Source of the DNA: an uncultured virus (IMG/VR IMGVR_UViG_3300034071_001673)
Taxonomy: Duplodnaviria; Heunggongvirae; Uroviricota; Caudoviricetes
IMG/VR virus record: IMGVR_UViG_3300034071_001673
DNA length: 64,000 nucleotides
Strand: one strand, 5' to 3'
The position numbers and the translations under genes are program-made. How positions within the stretch are numbered: the first letter of the stretch is position 1; each line of letters begins with the position of its first letter. Below are positions 35,454-45,518 of the stretch, one piece after another. The notes below the pieces were generated by a model, which made no database searches, had not been told where the DNA came from, and saw only the letters and a program-made list of their open reading frames with translations.

Positions 35454-37097
35454 TTATTGCTGTGGTTGTTGCGCCGCAGCTTGTTGTTCAGCAGCTGCTG
35501 CCTGTTCAGGTGCTACCATCTGTTCTTGTGGAGGAGCGTACTGAGCCTGTATTTGCATAATCTGTTGATTCATCGCGGCTTCTTCTTGAGCCTTTTGAAT
35601 CATCTCTTGTTGTTCTTTCATTCTTTCGAGTTCAATTTGAACATCAATCTTACCAACTTCTTCTTCATCTAGATGTAGAACGTTCTTCTGCACCCATGCC
35701 TTCGAGAAGTATCTTCCTGTAAACTGCTCGACCTGCATCAACAATTGCATTCTAGAGTTGATAAGATCTGTTTCGCGGAGTTCTGAGAAGTTATTATCCT
35801 TCAAGAAGTCATAATGAATCTTTTCTCGTAGTTCTTTCCACTCATCGATAGAAGCGATACCTTTTAGAGCGAGTTGACGCTCCATAAGTTCATCGAATAG
35901 AACTGTAAACTTGGAACGAAGTTTCTCAATAAACTTGTTAAATTTAATTTCGTCGCGTGTGATCTCTTGTGTGCGACCGAGCATAAAGCCTTGTCCTGAT
36001 TCCAATCGAGTAATTGGAATGTTTAATGACTTATAGAGTTTCTGCTCGAAGTATTTCACATCTGACATTTCGCCAAGATTTTGTCCTGGAGGAAGTGTAG
36101 TGATTTCTGTCGACTTACCCTCACCACGACGAGGAATCCAGAAATCTTCCATGATTGACATAAACTTGCGATCATCTTTAACTTCACCAGTTGAAGAATC
36201 ATACACAACTTTGTTTCGGAACTTTGTCATAAAGTCGCGAAGATATTGATCTGCCTTGATGCGTGGCATGTTACCAACGTCAATATAGAACACACGACGT
36301 TCTGGTGCACGTGATAGGCGATAAATTACAACAGCATCTTCAACCATGCGCAACTGATTGAGTGGCTTAATGGCTTTGTGCAAATATGACAAAACCATTT
36401 GACGTTTTGGATCAAGAAGTCCAGAGTTAATATTGACAATCGCATCAACTGCGATCTTAAGAGATGCATCACCAAGAGTACTGACTGATTGTGTTCCTTG
36501 AACAGTTGCCTTATCATTGAACACATAGAACTCTTGAACACCAGAAATTAGATCAGCACCAGTTCGTGGATCTTTTTTCTTTTCGACTGTGCGAACTTTT
36601 TTAATCTTTCTTGGATCGATATAAACTAATTCTTGAATGCCAAGTTGTGGTTGAGCCCGATCAACAAGGACTTGAAAGAATAATCTTCCATCAATATACC
36701 AATCTCTAAAGAGACCAGATCCGTCATTAGAGAAGTTAAGAAGTTTCAAGACATTCTTAAATTCGTCACGGATGGCTTCTTTGATTTCTTCAGGCTGTTC
36801 AAGATCATCAAGAATGATTGTAACTGATTTGCCTGACTCATCGTGAACAATTGCTTCGTTCACAATTTCATCGATTGCAGATTCGAGTTCTGGTTGGAGT
36901 GACATTTCTCGATAGCGAGAAACAAGGTCAGCTTCATTCTTAAAACTGGCTTCAAGGTCTAGATATGTACCAAAATACCCACCTGCGCTGACTTCAATAG
37001 CACCATCGTCAGCAATAGGTGCAGTGATTTGTGGTTGAATATCTGTTTCTGGCTTTTTGCGTACAAGTTCAAAGCCAAATAAATTAATACCTGCCAT
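35454..37097 (-). CDS. gp20: Portal vertex protein
   Basis: WYIDGR, SYLHKAIKPLNQLRMVEDAVVIYRLSRAPERRVFYIDVGN, EDFWIPRR. Confidence 0.98.
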   Translation of the reverse strand: MAGINLFGFELVRKKPETDIQPQITAPIADDGAIEVSAGGYFGTYLDLEASFKNEADLVSRYREMSLQPELESAIDEIVNEAIVHDESGKSVTIILDDLEQPEEIKEAIRDEFKNVLKLLNFSNDGSGLFRDWYIDGRLFFQVLVDRAQPQLGIQELVYIDPRKIKKVRTVEKKKDPRTGADLISGVQEFYVFNDKATVQGTQSVSTLGDASLKIAVDAIVNINSGLLDPKRQMVLSYLHKAIKPLNQLRMVEDAVVIYRLSRAPERRVFYIDVGNMPRIKADQYLRDFMTKFRNKVVYDSSTGEVKDDRKFMSIMEDFWIPRRGEGKSTEITTLPPGQNLGEMSDVKYFEQKLYKSLNIPITRLESGQGFMLGRTQEITRDEIKFNKFIEKLRSKFTVLFDELMERQLALKGIASIDEWKELREKIHYDFLKDNNFSELRETDLINSRMQLLMQVEQFTGRYFSKAWVQKNVLHLDEEEVGKIDVQIELERMKEQQEMIQKAQEEAAMNQQIMQIQAQYAPPQEQMVAPEQAAAAEQQAAAQQPQQ

Positions 37098-37138
37098 ATT
37101 TTACTCCGATTATAACAAAATCAATTAAACATAAAAAA

Positions 37139-37435
37139 TTATCTGATCTTAGACCCAAATTTTGCTGGTGCAGCAGGTCTCACTGGTCGAGCATTCGTAT
37201 TTCTTCCACCAGCTGGTTTACTCACAGGTGTGAGACCGAGAGGTTTGGCTTGTGGATTTGATGTTGATCCAGTGAACTGCGATGATGGTCGCGGATTTTT
37301 CTTGCCACGAAATTGATCTCTCAAAGTTCGAACAGCGCGAGTGCTAGCATTAAAACTCGACGCTATTCTTGTGATGTTATTCACACCACGCGTGATATTA
37401 TTGATCTTCCTTAAAAGGTCATTAAGGCTGCTCAT
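37139..37435 (-). CDS. Basic hypothetical protein between gp19 and gp20
   Basis: Likely start MSSLNDLLRKINN; K/R/P-rich tail. Confidence 0.55.
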   Translation of the reverse strand: MSSLNDLLRKINNITRGVNNITRIASSFNASTRAVRTLRDQFRGKKNPRPSSQFTGSTSNPQAKPLGLTPVSKPAGGRNTNARPVRPAAPAKFGSKIR

Positions 37436-37446
37436 ATTTGATTCAA

Positions 37447-37959
37447 TTATCCAACAAAGACTTCTGCAGAATTCCAATACTGATATTGGAACGTTACTGC
37501 GTATTCTTCGATTGCATCATTTGCATCCCAGCTGACATCGATTGGTGAAATATCTGTTGGGAACATATCAATGAAAGTATATGACTTGATAATGTTTCCT
37601 TGTTTACCATACTGATAAACTTCAGCATCAAATGTATATTGGCTATAGAATGCTTCAGCAAGATTACTTTCGTGACCGTTAATTCTTGCCATCCATTCTT
37701 CCAACTGATTGCGAATAACAAAGTCTTCATCATTGATCACTGTTACACTCCATTCAGGGAATGTTCTGTTTCCAGCAACCTTTACAGTTCTACCAAAATA
37801 AGGAATTTCAATCGTTCCTACTGTTGAGCCTGGAAGCTGTGCAGTTTTTGCAGTAAAAGTAAGTTTTTGATCAAAGACTGGAATATTGACTTCAAACAGA
37901 TTTGGGCGTGCGCCGTCGAAAGGAAAATTTCCTTTAAAGTCTGTAATATTGAAAGGCAT
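37447..37959 (-). CDS. gp19: Tail tube protein
   Basis: GARPNLFEV, GRTVKVAGNRTFPEWSVTVINDEDF, IEEYAVTFQY. Confidence 0.96.
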   Translation of the reverse strand: MPFNITDFKGNFPFDGARPNLFEVNIPVFDQKLTFTAKTAQLPGSTVGTIEIPYFGRTVKVAGNRTFPEWSVTVINDEDFVIRNQLEEWMARINGHESNLAEAFYSQYTFDAEVYQYGKQGNIIKSYTFIDMFPTDISPIDVSWDANDAIEEYAVTFQYQYWNSAEVFVG

Positions 37960-37986
37960 TGCGTTCTCCTGACTTTAGATTATTTA

Positions 37987-39696
37987 TTAGAATCTACCAA
38001 CGACTTCATCAAACGACACACCACTGCGAACTGCAACAAAGTTTAGTTGAATGAAATTGATGCTACGATTTGGCTTAACATAAATGTCACCAATAAACTC
38101 ATTGCGATCGATCACATCCGATGTATTGTTTGTTGAGTTACAGACAACCTTGAAGTCTGTGATTCCACGACGACCCTTCACCGTTCTCAAAAATGGTTCA
38201 ACAATTGATACGAACTGCGATCTTGTAAACTCGTCGTTAAATTCGAAGAGTTGTGCCTTCGCAGCACGTGCAATTGCTTTCTCGAGAGTAATAAACAATC
38301 TGCGAACATTGATGCGATCAAATGCACTTGGCTTCGATAGCAATGTCTTATCGCCGAATAGTAGAGTACCCTCACCAGCAAACGATACAACAGGATTGAC
38401 GCCGTTCTTATAGAGCGTATCTCTGTCGGTCTTCACTGGATAATATGCAAGTTTAATTACGTTCTTGATTTGACCACGTGATGCGCCAGCTGGTGAATAC
38501 CATGCATCTCTTTCAAGGTCTGTGCGAACACAGAGACCAGCAACGTCACCATTAAGTGGAATCCAACGATACTTGTCGTTGTACTTGTCGTATTGATATT
38601 TCCAACCGCTATCCATCACTGCGTATGAAGAGCTGACGTTTGAAAGAGCATTCTTACGATAGTTGACAACGTCGTCAGTTGGTGTTGACGATGTTACATT
38701 AGCAAGAGTTGGTGATACGAATACAACGCAGTCCTTACGAACTTCAGCAACGCTGTTGATTGCATAGAGCTGGACTTGAGCATTTGCGTCTCCAGTCATA
38801 ACAAGCGATACATCGATCTGATCAGAGTCGATAAACTTGCTATATCCTGTTTGAACATTTGCTGCTACTGGGAATCCATCAGCACCACCGCTGAGTGACA
38901 CAGTGTGAATTGCTGTGACGTTAGCGAGTTGAGCAAATGTCTTGCCAGCAGAAACAGTACCCCAAGTTGCTGAGGTGTTTGCTGCGTCTGGATGATCCAT
39001 CCAGTAGACGTACTTTGACTTTCTCCAAAGAACATCTTTGTAATAATTTGAATTGCCGACGCTATCTTTTGCATCAGATGCTTTTGATAGGAATGGATAG
39101 GTTTCTAGAACCGTACCTGAGGTTCCTGTGAACAATCCGTCTTCATCGACAACTACGATATGCAATTCGTCATTCGCACCGCTTACGTTTGATACGAATG
39201 CTGAGGTGCCTGGAGCAGAATCGAAATAGTTCTTATATGTCCAAGAGTTGAATGCAGTTGCGTCAGTGTTTGCCCAAACGCTAACCTTAAGAGAGTCGCC
39301 AAGTGCACCAGCGTATCTTGCTGCCCATGCACCAGAAGCTGCAGTGTTTGAAGAATAGTAAGAGGTGAAGTATTCATCTTCATTCTTAATCAAGAATGAA
39401 GTGTTTCCTGATGATGTTGCAGTTCTTGTGTTTGAGCCGTTTACTGCGCGAACAACACGAAGGTCGTTGCCATAGGTCAAAAAGTTTGCACAAGTAAAGA
39501 ATGAAACTGCGGTATTGTTGTCTGGTTTACCAAAAACTTCTACAAGTCGAACTTCATTTTCAACCTGTCTTGCAATCTCGGCTGGACCCCATTGAAAAAT
39601 TCCTGCGAAGGCGCCAGTTGTTGTTCCAGTTGATGGAACGACGGTTGTTAAGTCAATTTCAGAAGTAACAACACCAGGAGATAATTGAAAAGCCAT
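37987..39696 (-). CDS. gp18: Tail sheath protein
   Basis: MAFQLSPGVVTSEIDLT, WYSPAG, FDRINVRRLF, FEFNDEFTR; start revised to 39696. Confidence 0.97.
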   Translation of the reverse strand: MAFQLSPGVVTSEIDLTTVVPSTGTTTGAFAGIFQWGPAEIARQVENEVRLVEVFGKPDNNTAVSFFTCANFLTYGNDLRVVRAVNGSNTRTATSSGNTSFLIKNEDEYFTSYYSSNTAASGAWAARYAGALGDSLKVSVWANTDATAFNSWTYKNYFDSAPGTSAFVSNVSGANDELHIVVVDEDGLFTGTSGTVLETYPFLSKASDAKDSVGNSNYYKDVLWRKSKYVYWMDHPDAANTSATWGTVSAGKTFAQLANVTAIHTVSLSGGADGFPVAANVQTGYSKFIDSDQIDVSLVMTGDANAQVQLYAINSVAEVRKDCVVFVSPTLANVTSSTPTDDVVNYRKNALSNVSSSYAVMDSGWKYQYDKYNDKYRWIPLNGDVAGLCVRTDLERDAWYSPAGASRGQIKNVIKLAYYPVKTDRDTLYKNGVNPVVSFAGEGTLLFGDKTLLSKPSAFDRINVRRLFITLEKAIARAAKAQLFEFNDEFTRSQFVSIVEPFLRTVKGRRGITDFKVVCNSTNNTSDVIDRNEFIGDIYVKPNRSINFIQLNFVAVRSGVSFDEVVGRF

Positions 39697-39768
39697 GTTT
39701 ATGCTCCTATGCATGGAGAATTAAGAAAATCTACGAAATTATTTAGTAAAAAGAGGATTTGTAGAATT

Positions 39769-41412
39769 TTAATGAACACCCCATTTTTCGTTCTGAACAA
39801 TGTTCCAAACAGCTCCATCGTGTACAAAAGAATCGCTTTTCTCGTCGGCGACATTCGTCAAAGGTAGCGGAAGCATCTCATTTTCGATTTGTCGCATCTG
39901 TTCTTCGTGGAGATGCTTCTTAATATTTGTGTCGCTGAGTTCGGAGAAGAAGTTTTGACTTGTACACCAAGAGAATAAGACCAAACACATCACCAGATCA
40001 TCATGACTTCCTTCTTCAGCCTCGAAACTTGTTCCTCGAGCAATAAAAGTCGATAACTCCGAGATTGTTTCGAAATCTTGAATCAAAATTTGTTGAGATT
40101 CAATCAGATTCTTCAAAACCGAGCATCCGAGACGTTTAACGGATTTAGTTGTTCGAATACCTCGATCAGACTTCTTACCATATCCCCATGTAAGACTCAT
40201 TCTATTTTTAATTTCGACCGTCGAAAGAATGTTTTCATACTCATAATCTTCGAATAAAGAGTCGACAACTTGCTGACCATTATCGTTGATCTCGACGAGA
40301 ACATAGGCACCGTTATAATACTCAGCCATTCTCTTAATAATACTCGGATAAACAAGAGGGCTGATGTTATTATCTTTATAGGTCGCGACCAGAGTATATG
40401 GAATCTTCGATATATCTACCACAACGAAAGCCGAGTAGTCTAAACCCTTACCTCGAGATGTATCAGCCACAATGATGTAATTTCTTCCAGTTACTGGTTG
40501 ATGATAAATCGAAATTCCGCTTTCTGTTTTGCTTAATGGTGTCACAAATGCAAGACTTTTAAGCCCTGCTGCTGAGATAAGAGTTCCAGAAGAACCCATA
40601 AATTCACATTCAACTTCTTGATAGTATTTTTGATCACCAAGAACTCGCCGCTGCTCATCCGCCCATCTTTGATCTCGACCTGGAACCTGTCTCCAATTGG
40701 CTTCAATATGCATGAACCCATTGTGACCTTCTGTTGCTTCTGTCCACATTTTATAAAAGTGATTCATTCCATTCGGAGTTGAAGAGATTAGAATCTTAGA
40801 GGACTGACCAGAAGAAATCGTAGGATATACAGAGGTGAAGAATTCTTCAGCAATGTTACTTGGAACGAATGCAAATTCGTCAAGATATAGAAGCGAAATA
40901 GAGTAACCACGAATTGCGCTTGAGGCAGTAGACGTTGCCATCACACGGCAGTTATTCTCAAGTTCAATGTCACCCTTGTTCCAAACTTTAACGCCTTGTT
41001 GAATCCAAAGTGGTAATGCTTCATATGCAATCTTGATGCGACTTAAAATTTCACGCGCTGTTGGTGCTTTGTTTGCTAGAATTGCGACAAGTTTATCTTG
41101 ATTGAACAAGATGTACCAAAGAATATATCCAACAACCATGGTTGTTTTGCCAAGCTGACGTCCTGCTTTTAATATTACACGACGATTTTCGTTAATATCT
41201 GCAATGGCTTCTTTCTGAAACGGATACAATGAGATATTCACAAAACCTTTATCAAGTGTAATGATCTTCACATAACGCTCGATAAAATAAATCGGATCTT
41301 CTGAGCAACGCAAAAACTCACGGACTTCATCCTCCGTAAGTGATACTGGCATATTGACTCGTTTTAAATTGGGATTACCAAGATAATTTTTAATTTTAGC
41401 TGGCAGATTCAT
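39769..41412 (-). CDS. gp17: Terminase large subunit
   Basis: GRQLGKTT, YLDEFAF, STPNGMNHFY, DTSRG, HDDLVM. Confidence 0.97.
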   Translation of the reverse strand: MNLPAKIKNYLGNPNLKRVNMPVSLTEDEVREFLRCSEDPIYFIERYVKIITLDKGFVNISLYPFQKEAIADINENRRVILKAGRQLGKTTMVVGYILWYILFNQDKLVAILANKAPTAREILSRIKIAYEALPLWIQQGVKVWNKGDIELENNCRVMATSTASSAIRGYSISLLYLDEFAFVPSNIAEEFFTSVYPTISSGQSSKILISSTPNGMNHFYKMWTEATEGHNGFMHIEANWRQVPGRDQRWADEQRRVLGDQKYYQEVECEFMGSSGTLISAAGLKSLAFVTPLSKTESGISIYHQPVTGRNYIIVADTSRGKGLDYSAFVVVDISKIPYTLVATYKDNNISPLVYPSIIKRMAEYYNGAYVLVEINDNGQQVVDSLFEDYEYENILSTVEIKNRMSLTWGYGKKSDRGIRTTKSVKRLGCSVLKNLIESQQILIQDFETISELSTFIARGTSFEAEEGSHDDLVMCLVLFSWCTSQNFFSELSDTNIKKHLHEEQMRQIENEMLPLPLTNVADEKSDSFVHDGAVWNIVQNEKWGVH

Positions 41413-41797
41413 TCTTTAATTTCTTTAGCAACTCAGTTGTAGATCCAACAAAAACTGCTTTATCAACATTAATATTTGTTTGTGTTGCTTCTTTTGGTTT
41501 TAAATCATGTTGTTGTTTCTGAAGAATCATGAGTTTCTCTGTGACATCAGAGAGATTCTTGATCATATTTGCAGCAACTTCATATGCTCTTGGGTGTTGT
41601 GATTCTCGAGCAACTTCAAGAATACCGTCAAGGGCTTCGTTGCCTTTTTCAATGAGGTTGTAATAATTTGCACGAGAATAATTCGCGTCTGGATTTTCAG
41701 AAGAATCTTGATGAACTGTTATGGGCTTGTCTTCTTTTACAACAGGTACATAATCAGTGTTTAGAATTTCTGCTAGGTTTTTATCTGTTTCGCTCAT
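41396..41797 (-). CDS. gp16: Terminase small subunit
   Basis: HPRAYEVA, VFVGSTTELLK. Confidence 0.93.
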   Translation of the reverse strand: MSETDKNLAEILNTDYVPVVKEDKPITVHQDSSENPDANYSRANYYNLIEKGNEALDGILEVARESQHPRAYEVAANMIKNLSDVTEKLMILQKQQHDLKPKEATQTNINVDKAVFVGSTTELLKKLKNESAS

Positions 41798-41800
41798 AAA

Positions 41801-42802
41801 TTATGAAATGTTAGGTGCACTTTCTATTGCTATGTCAAATCCAAATGCAGTATTTGCATTTGCTGTGTTTGGGTCTGGTGTGACTGTAATGCTATTTAAC
41901 TGATAATCTGCAGCAGATCTATAACTTGATAAGACATATGATGTATTTGTTACAGCTCCAGTTACTCTTGTATTCACATCAAATGATCCAGAAATATCAT
42001 TCACAATCAATGTATTTGCGACAGTATCCCATGAAGAGACAAATCCACTGGCAGATGCACCGTCAATATTTCTTCCTTGAAATACCAACTCACCTGCTTG
42101 ATAATCTCCAGTTCCACTTGACATTAAGAATGCTTGTGGACCTGTATTGCTTGTATTAAATTGGAATGTATTTGCTGTTGATTGACGAATGACTCTCACG
42201 TTACTTTCTGGTCCATACAAATATCCACGCATCTGGAATCCAAGACTCCATTGTAATATTCGTAATTCTTGTGGTGGACCATCAGAACCACTAGAATTAT
42301 AATCAACACTTTGAAGTATTAGTGGAACGTCTACTGGATTGCCAATGTCTACCAAATTTAATGTCATTGTGTAATCAGGATTAAAATATGGTAGAATTTG
42401 TTCAATCAATTGCGTTCCATCTTCTGTATTGCGAACATAGATGTACAATTGAAAGTTAAAATTGTATGGTGCCATCGTAACAGTTTTAAGTGACGTATCA
42501 TCTAATGCACCAAATTGTCGAATGTATGGAGAAATTTTACGAGAAGGATCATATGCAATAGAACTCAATTCAAATGACATTCTAGGCAAAGTGATTTGAA
42601 CTTCTTTTTCGAGTTTTGGATCTTGAGTGATGCGCTGATAAAACTTTTCTTTAGTGACATAATTTAACGGCACTGTAATTCTTTCAATTTCAGTTGTACC
42701 TGCTAAATTATAACGATGTAATCTTAAATTATTGAACATGGTGCCGAATGCGACGACCATCTTTCGAGTAATTCTGTGATAAAAATGTTGATTTGATAAC
42801 AT
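41801..42802 (-). CDS. gp15: Tail sheath stabiliser/completion protein
   Basis: FYHRITRKMVVAFGTMFNN, LPRMSFE, EQILPYFNP. Confidence 0.93.
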   Translation of the reverse strand: MLSNQHFYHRITRKMVVAFGTMFNNLRLHRYNLAGTTEIERITVPLNYVTKEKFYQRITQDPKLEKEVQITLPRMSFELSSIAYDPSRKISPYIRQFGALDDTSLKTVTMAPYNFNFQLYIYVRNTEDGTQLIEQILPYFNPDYTMTLNLVDIGNPVDVPLILQSVDYNSSGSDGPPQELRILQWSLGFQMRGYLYGPESNVRVIRQSTANTFQFNTSNTGPQAFLMSSGTGDYQAGELVFQGRNIDGASASGFVSSWDTVANTLIVNDISGSFDVNTRVTGAVTNTSYVLSSYRSAADYQLNSITVTPDPNTANANTAFGFDIAIESAPNIS

Positions 42803-43680
42803 CAGAAATTCTCGTCTGTAGTTCCGAATGGATTTGTTTCAGTCCAATCAAGAATGTTATCTGCTTCTGTTTCAATGAGAACGTTGTTATCAAACAGATC
42901 TGGTTTGTTCTCTTGTGGATTTCCACTTGCAAGAAACCAAGCTGCGCCTGATGTAGTGCTTCTTACAATTGAGTTTGCAGCAAATGATCCTTTGATATTT
43001 CTAAGAGTTAACTTTCCAGTTGGACGATCCCAACTTGAAACATACGCTTTCGCAGTTGCTGTTTCAAGAGTGAGTCCTTGATAAACAATCTCGTGCTCAA
43101 GATAAGTTCCAAATCCACCTGCCTGCATTGTATACTCAATACCGAAGGCGCGACTGTCTGCAACGTTGTCAATTTCTTCAATTCCAGTTGTAAGTCGTTC
43201 GCCATTATATCTAAAGACTTCGAGATTTAGTCCGTACATATACGGTGCTTGTTTACCTGCTTGGAAGAAGTTTTTTTCTTCTTCAACAAATCTGATTTCA
43301 AGTAACTTCTTTTGAACACGAAGATAAATCAAATCACCTTCTTTTGGGACATTGCGAACTGCGGTTGGAACATTTCTTTCAAATGTTCTACGAGCCACAG
43401 CAACTCGAGCTTCTTTTTGAATTTGCAAACCAAACTTAGAGAAAAATTCTTGATTGCCTTCGAAGTCTTGAAATGACTCGAGATACATCTCTAATGAGTA
43501 GGCTGTTGAAAATGATTTGACTGGATCATCGCCAAATAAATCATCAAGTTCAGATTGAGATTCTCTTGGGATATAATAAACATCAATTCCATGATTCTTG
43601 ATTGACTCAATGATCATGTCCTCAATGAGGAACTGCTCACGAGTTGCATCTTGATTGTTAAAGTATACTGATGTGCCCAT
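42802..43680 (-). CDS. gp14: Neck protein
   Basis: ESIKNHGIDVYYIPR, FSKFGL, PKEGDLIY, ETNPFG. Confidence 0.93.
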   Translation of the reverse strand: MGTSVYFNNQDATREQFLIEDMIIESIKNHGIDVYYIPRESQSELDDLFGDDPVKSFSTAYSLEMYLESFQDFEGNQEFFSKFGLQIQKEARVAVARRTFERNVPTAVRNVPKEGDLIYLRVQKKLLEIRFVEEEKNFFQAGKQAPYMYGLNLEVFRYNGERLTTGIEEIDNVADSRAFGIEYTMQAGGFGTYLEHEIVYQGLTLETATAKAYVSSWDRPTGKLTLRNIKGSFAANSIVRSTTSGAAWFLASGNPQENKPDLFDNNVLIETEADNILDWTETNPFGTTDENF

Positions 43681-43682
43681 TT

Positions 43683-44444
43683 TTATCCCACAATCATCAT
43701 TGGTGGATATTCATAAATGTCTCGAAGTTTCTGCTCGAGCAATTCAACTTCTTGTGTTGCATCTCTGAGAATTGCTTCTCCATTGACGACCAAACCACCA
43801 GGAAGTGCATAGTTTGCATACTTACTTAAATTTGCACCCCATTGTTTCTTGAAGAGTGCAGCTGTATATTCTTTTACCCAAGAATCATTATAAATTTTTG
43901 TATAAACTGTCGGATCGATAATTCTTTGTGCTTGCATCACAATATAATCATTCTCAGATAATCTTGCATTCCAGTCCATGTAGATTGTCACGCGATTCAC
44001 AGTTTTGTTATATCTAAATGGAACTTCTCCAGTCACGATCATATCAAGCATCGCAAGATGCGTGCGAGCGATGTAATAGTAAGTGTAACTTGATGCAGTT
44101 AAACTGTAGAAGTCATTGAGGCGAAGCTGATAATTGATATCAAAGATGTTAAATCCTTGACCATTTTGAGAACTGACGCTATCGCCAGTGATAGGCATAA
44201 TTCGAGTAATTCCGACGATATTATCGGAGACGTCGACGTAGCCGTTAGCAAGATTATTTGCAGTTAACTGAGTCGCAAGATATATTTCTTCTGTTCCATC
44301 GTAGTGATAGTCACGATACTTTTGTAAAGCATCGTCAATGCGATCTTCCAATTGATCGTCGTCGACATTAATGTCGATAACTGGAAATCCAAGTTTACGA
44401 AGAGCGTAATCTTTAAGTTGTTCGCGAGTTGATGGAGATGCCAT
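43683..44444 (-). CDS. gp13: Neck protein
   Basis: LKDYALRKLGFPVIDINV, KQWGANLSKY, LPGGLVVNG. Confidence 0.95.
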   Translation of the reverse strand: MASPSTREQLKDYALRKLGFPVIDINVDDDQLEDRIDDALQKYRDYHYDGTEEIYLATQLTANNLANGYVDVSDNIVGITRIMPITGDSVSSQNGQGFNIFDINYQLRLNDFYSLTASSYTYYYIARTHLAMLDMIVTGEVPFRYNKTVNRVTIYMDWNARLSENDYIVMQAQRIIDPTVYTKIYNDSWVKEYTAALFKKQWGANLSKYANYALPGGLVVNGEAILRDATQEVELLEQKLRDIYEYPPMMIVG

Positions 44445-44486
44445 TTGAGACCTCAGTTTTTATTCTATATTTAGGTTATGCCCTAT

Positions 44487-45518
44487 TTAAATTTGGAATC
44501 CACCAGAGCCTAATCCTCTTGCAACTGTAAGCGACCCCACGCTAACTGCATTAAAATCAGTTGAGAATGGAAATTTATCAATAGTGGAGACGTTTGTGTA
44601 GGAGGGTGGCGCATTTCCTCCATTAGTGTATCCCTCAACAGTTGAAGATGATCCAGATCCAGTCCATCTAGCTGCAGTTAAACTCCCTACGCTAGTAGCA
44701 TTCGAATCAGACGCAAATAAAAATTTTTGAATTGTTGCCCCTGAGGTTCCAGGTGGCCAAGTTCCACCACCACTAGAATAACCATGAGTGGTGGAAGATT
44801 GTCCAGTGTGTCGAGTAGATGCGCTGGCTAGATCACCAACATCAGACGCTAATGCATAACTTGTAGCAGCCATTGGAAATTTATCGATAACATTCAATGC
44901 TGTTGCGCCACTAGTAGGTTCCCCACCTGAGTTATATGCATGAGTTGTTGATGATTGACCAGCAGCAAATCCACGAGCTACGCTTAAATCCCCAATATCA
45001 AATGAAAAACTATCCACAGAAAAGGGAATTTTTTGTATAATATTGCTTGATGTTGGGTAAACGCTGCCAGCACCAAATCCTAATCCGAATTGTTTAGATG
45101 AACTGCCACCACTAGTGTACACAACCTCGCTCAAATCACCAACATCTGAAGCATTACCTGCATATGCAAATGCAAATTTATCTATTGTATTTGTTGAAGG
45201 TCCACCAGTTGCACCACCAGAAGTATATCCATGCAAATCAGAAGATTGAGACGTTGCGCCATATCTACCTTGAGTTAAGTCTCCATGATCTGTTGCATTT
45301 GAAGTAGAAGTAGCAAAAGGATATTTGTCAATAACATTTGATGATCCACCTGGCATTATGTATCCACCAGAAGCAAATCCTGCCACCGATCCTTGAAATG
45401 ATCCTTCACGCAGTAATGATTCTGCTTTGATCGATCCATCAAACACGAGCCCGCCTGAACCTTCTTGAATCGTGTATGATCCGATCATAATTTTATTATT
45501 GTAAACTTTAATAGCCAT
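44487..45518 (-). CDS. Kelch-like beta-propeller repeat protein (paralogue 1), probable virion protein
   Basis: About six repeats of SSxxGYxSGG...IDKFPF...NAxDVGDLxxAR. Confidence 0.75.
   Translation of the reverse strand: MAIKVYNNKIMIGSYTIQEGSGGLVFDGSIKAESLLREGSFQGSVAGFASGGYIMPGGSSNVIDKYPFATSTSNATDHGDLTQGRYGATSQSSDLHGYTSGGATGGPSTNTIDKFAFAYAGNASDVGDLSEVVYTSGGSSSKQFGLGFGAGSVYPTSSNIIQKIPFSVDSFSFDIGDLSVARGFAAGQSSTTHAYNSGGEPTSGATALNVIDKFPMAATSYALASDVGDLASASTRHTGQSSTTHGYSSGGGTWPPGTSGATIQKFLFASDSNATSVGSLTAARWTGSGSSSTVEGYTNGGNAPPSYTNVSTIDKFPFSTDFNAVSVGSLTVARGLGSGGFQI

Noticed and set aside
21525..41412. Introns or inteins in gp46, uvsW, gp23, gp20 or gp17
   Set aside because: All are continuous and of ordinary length; the gp22 insert lacks intein terminal motifs.
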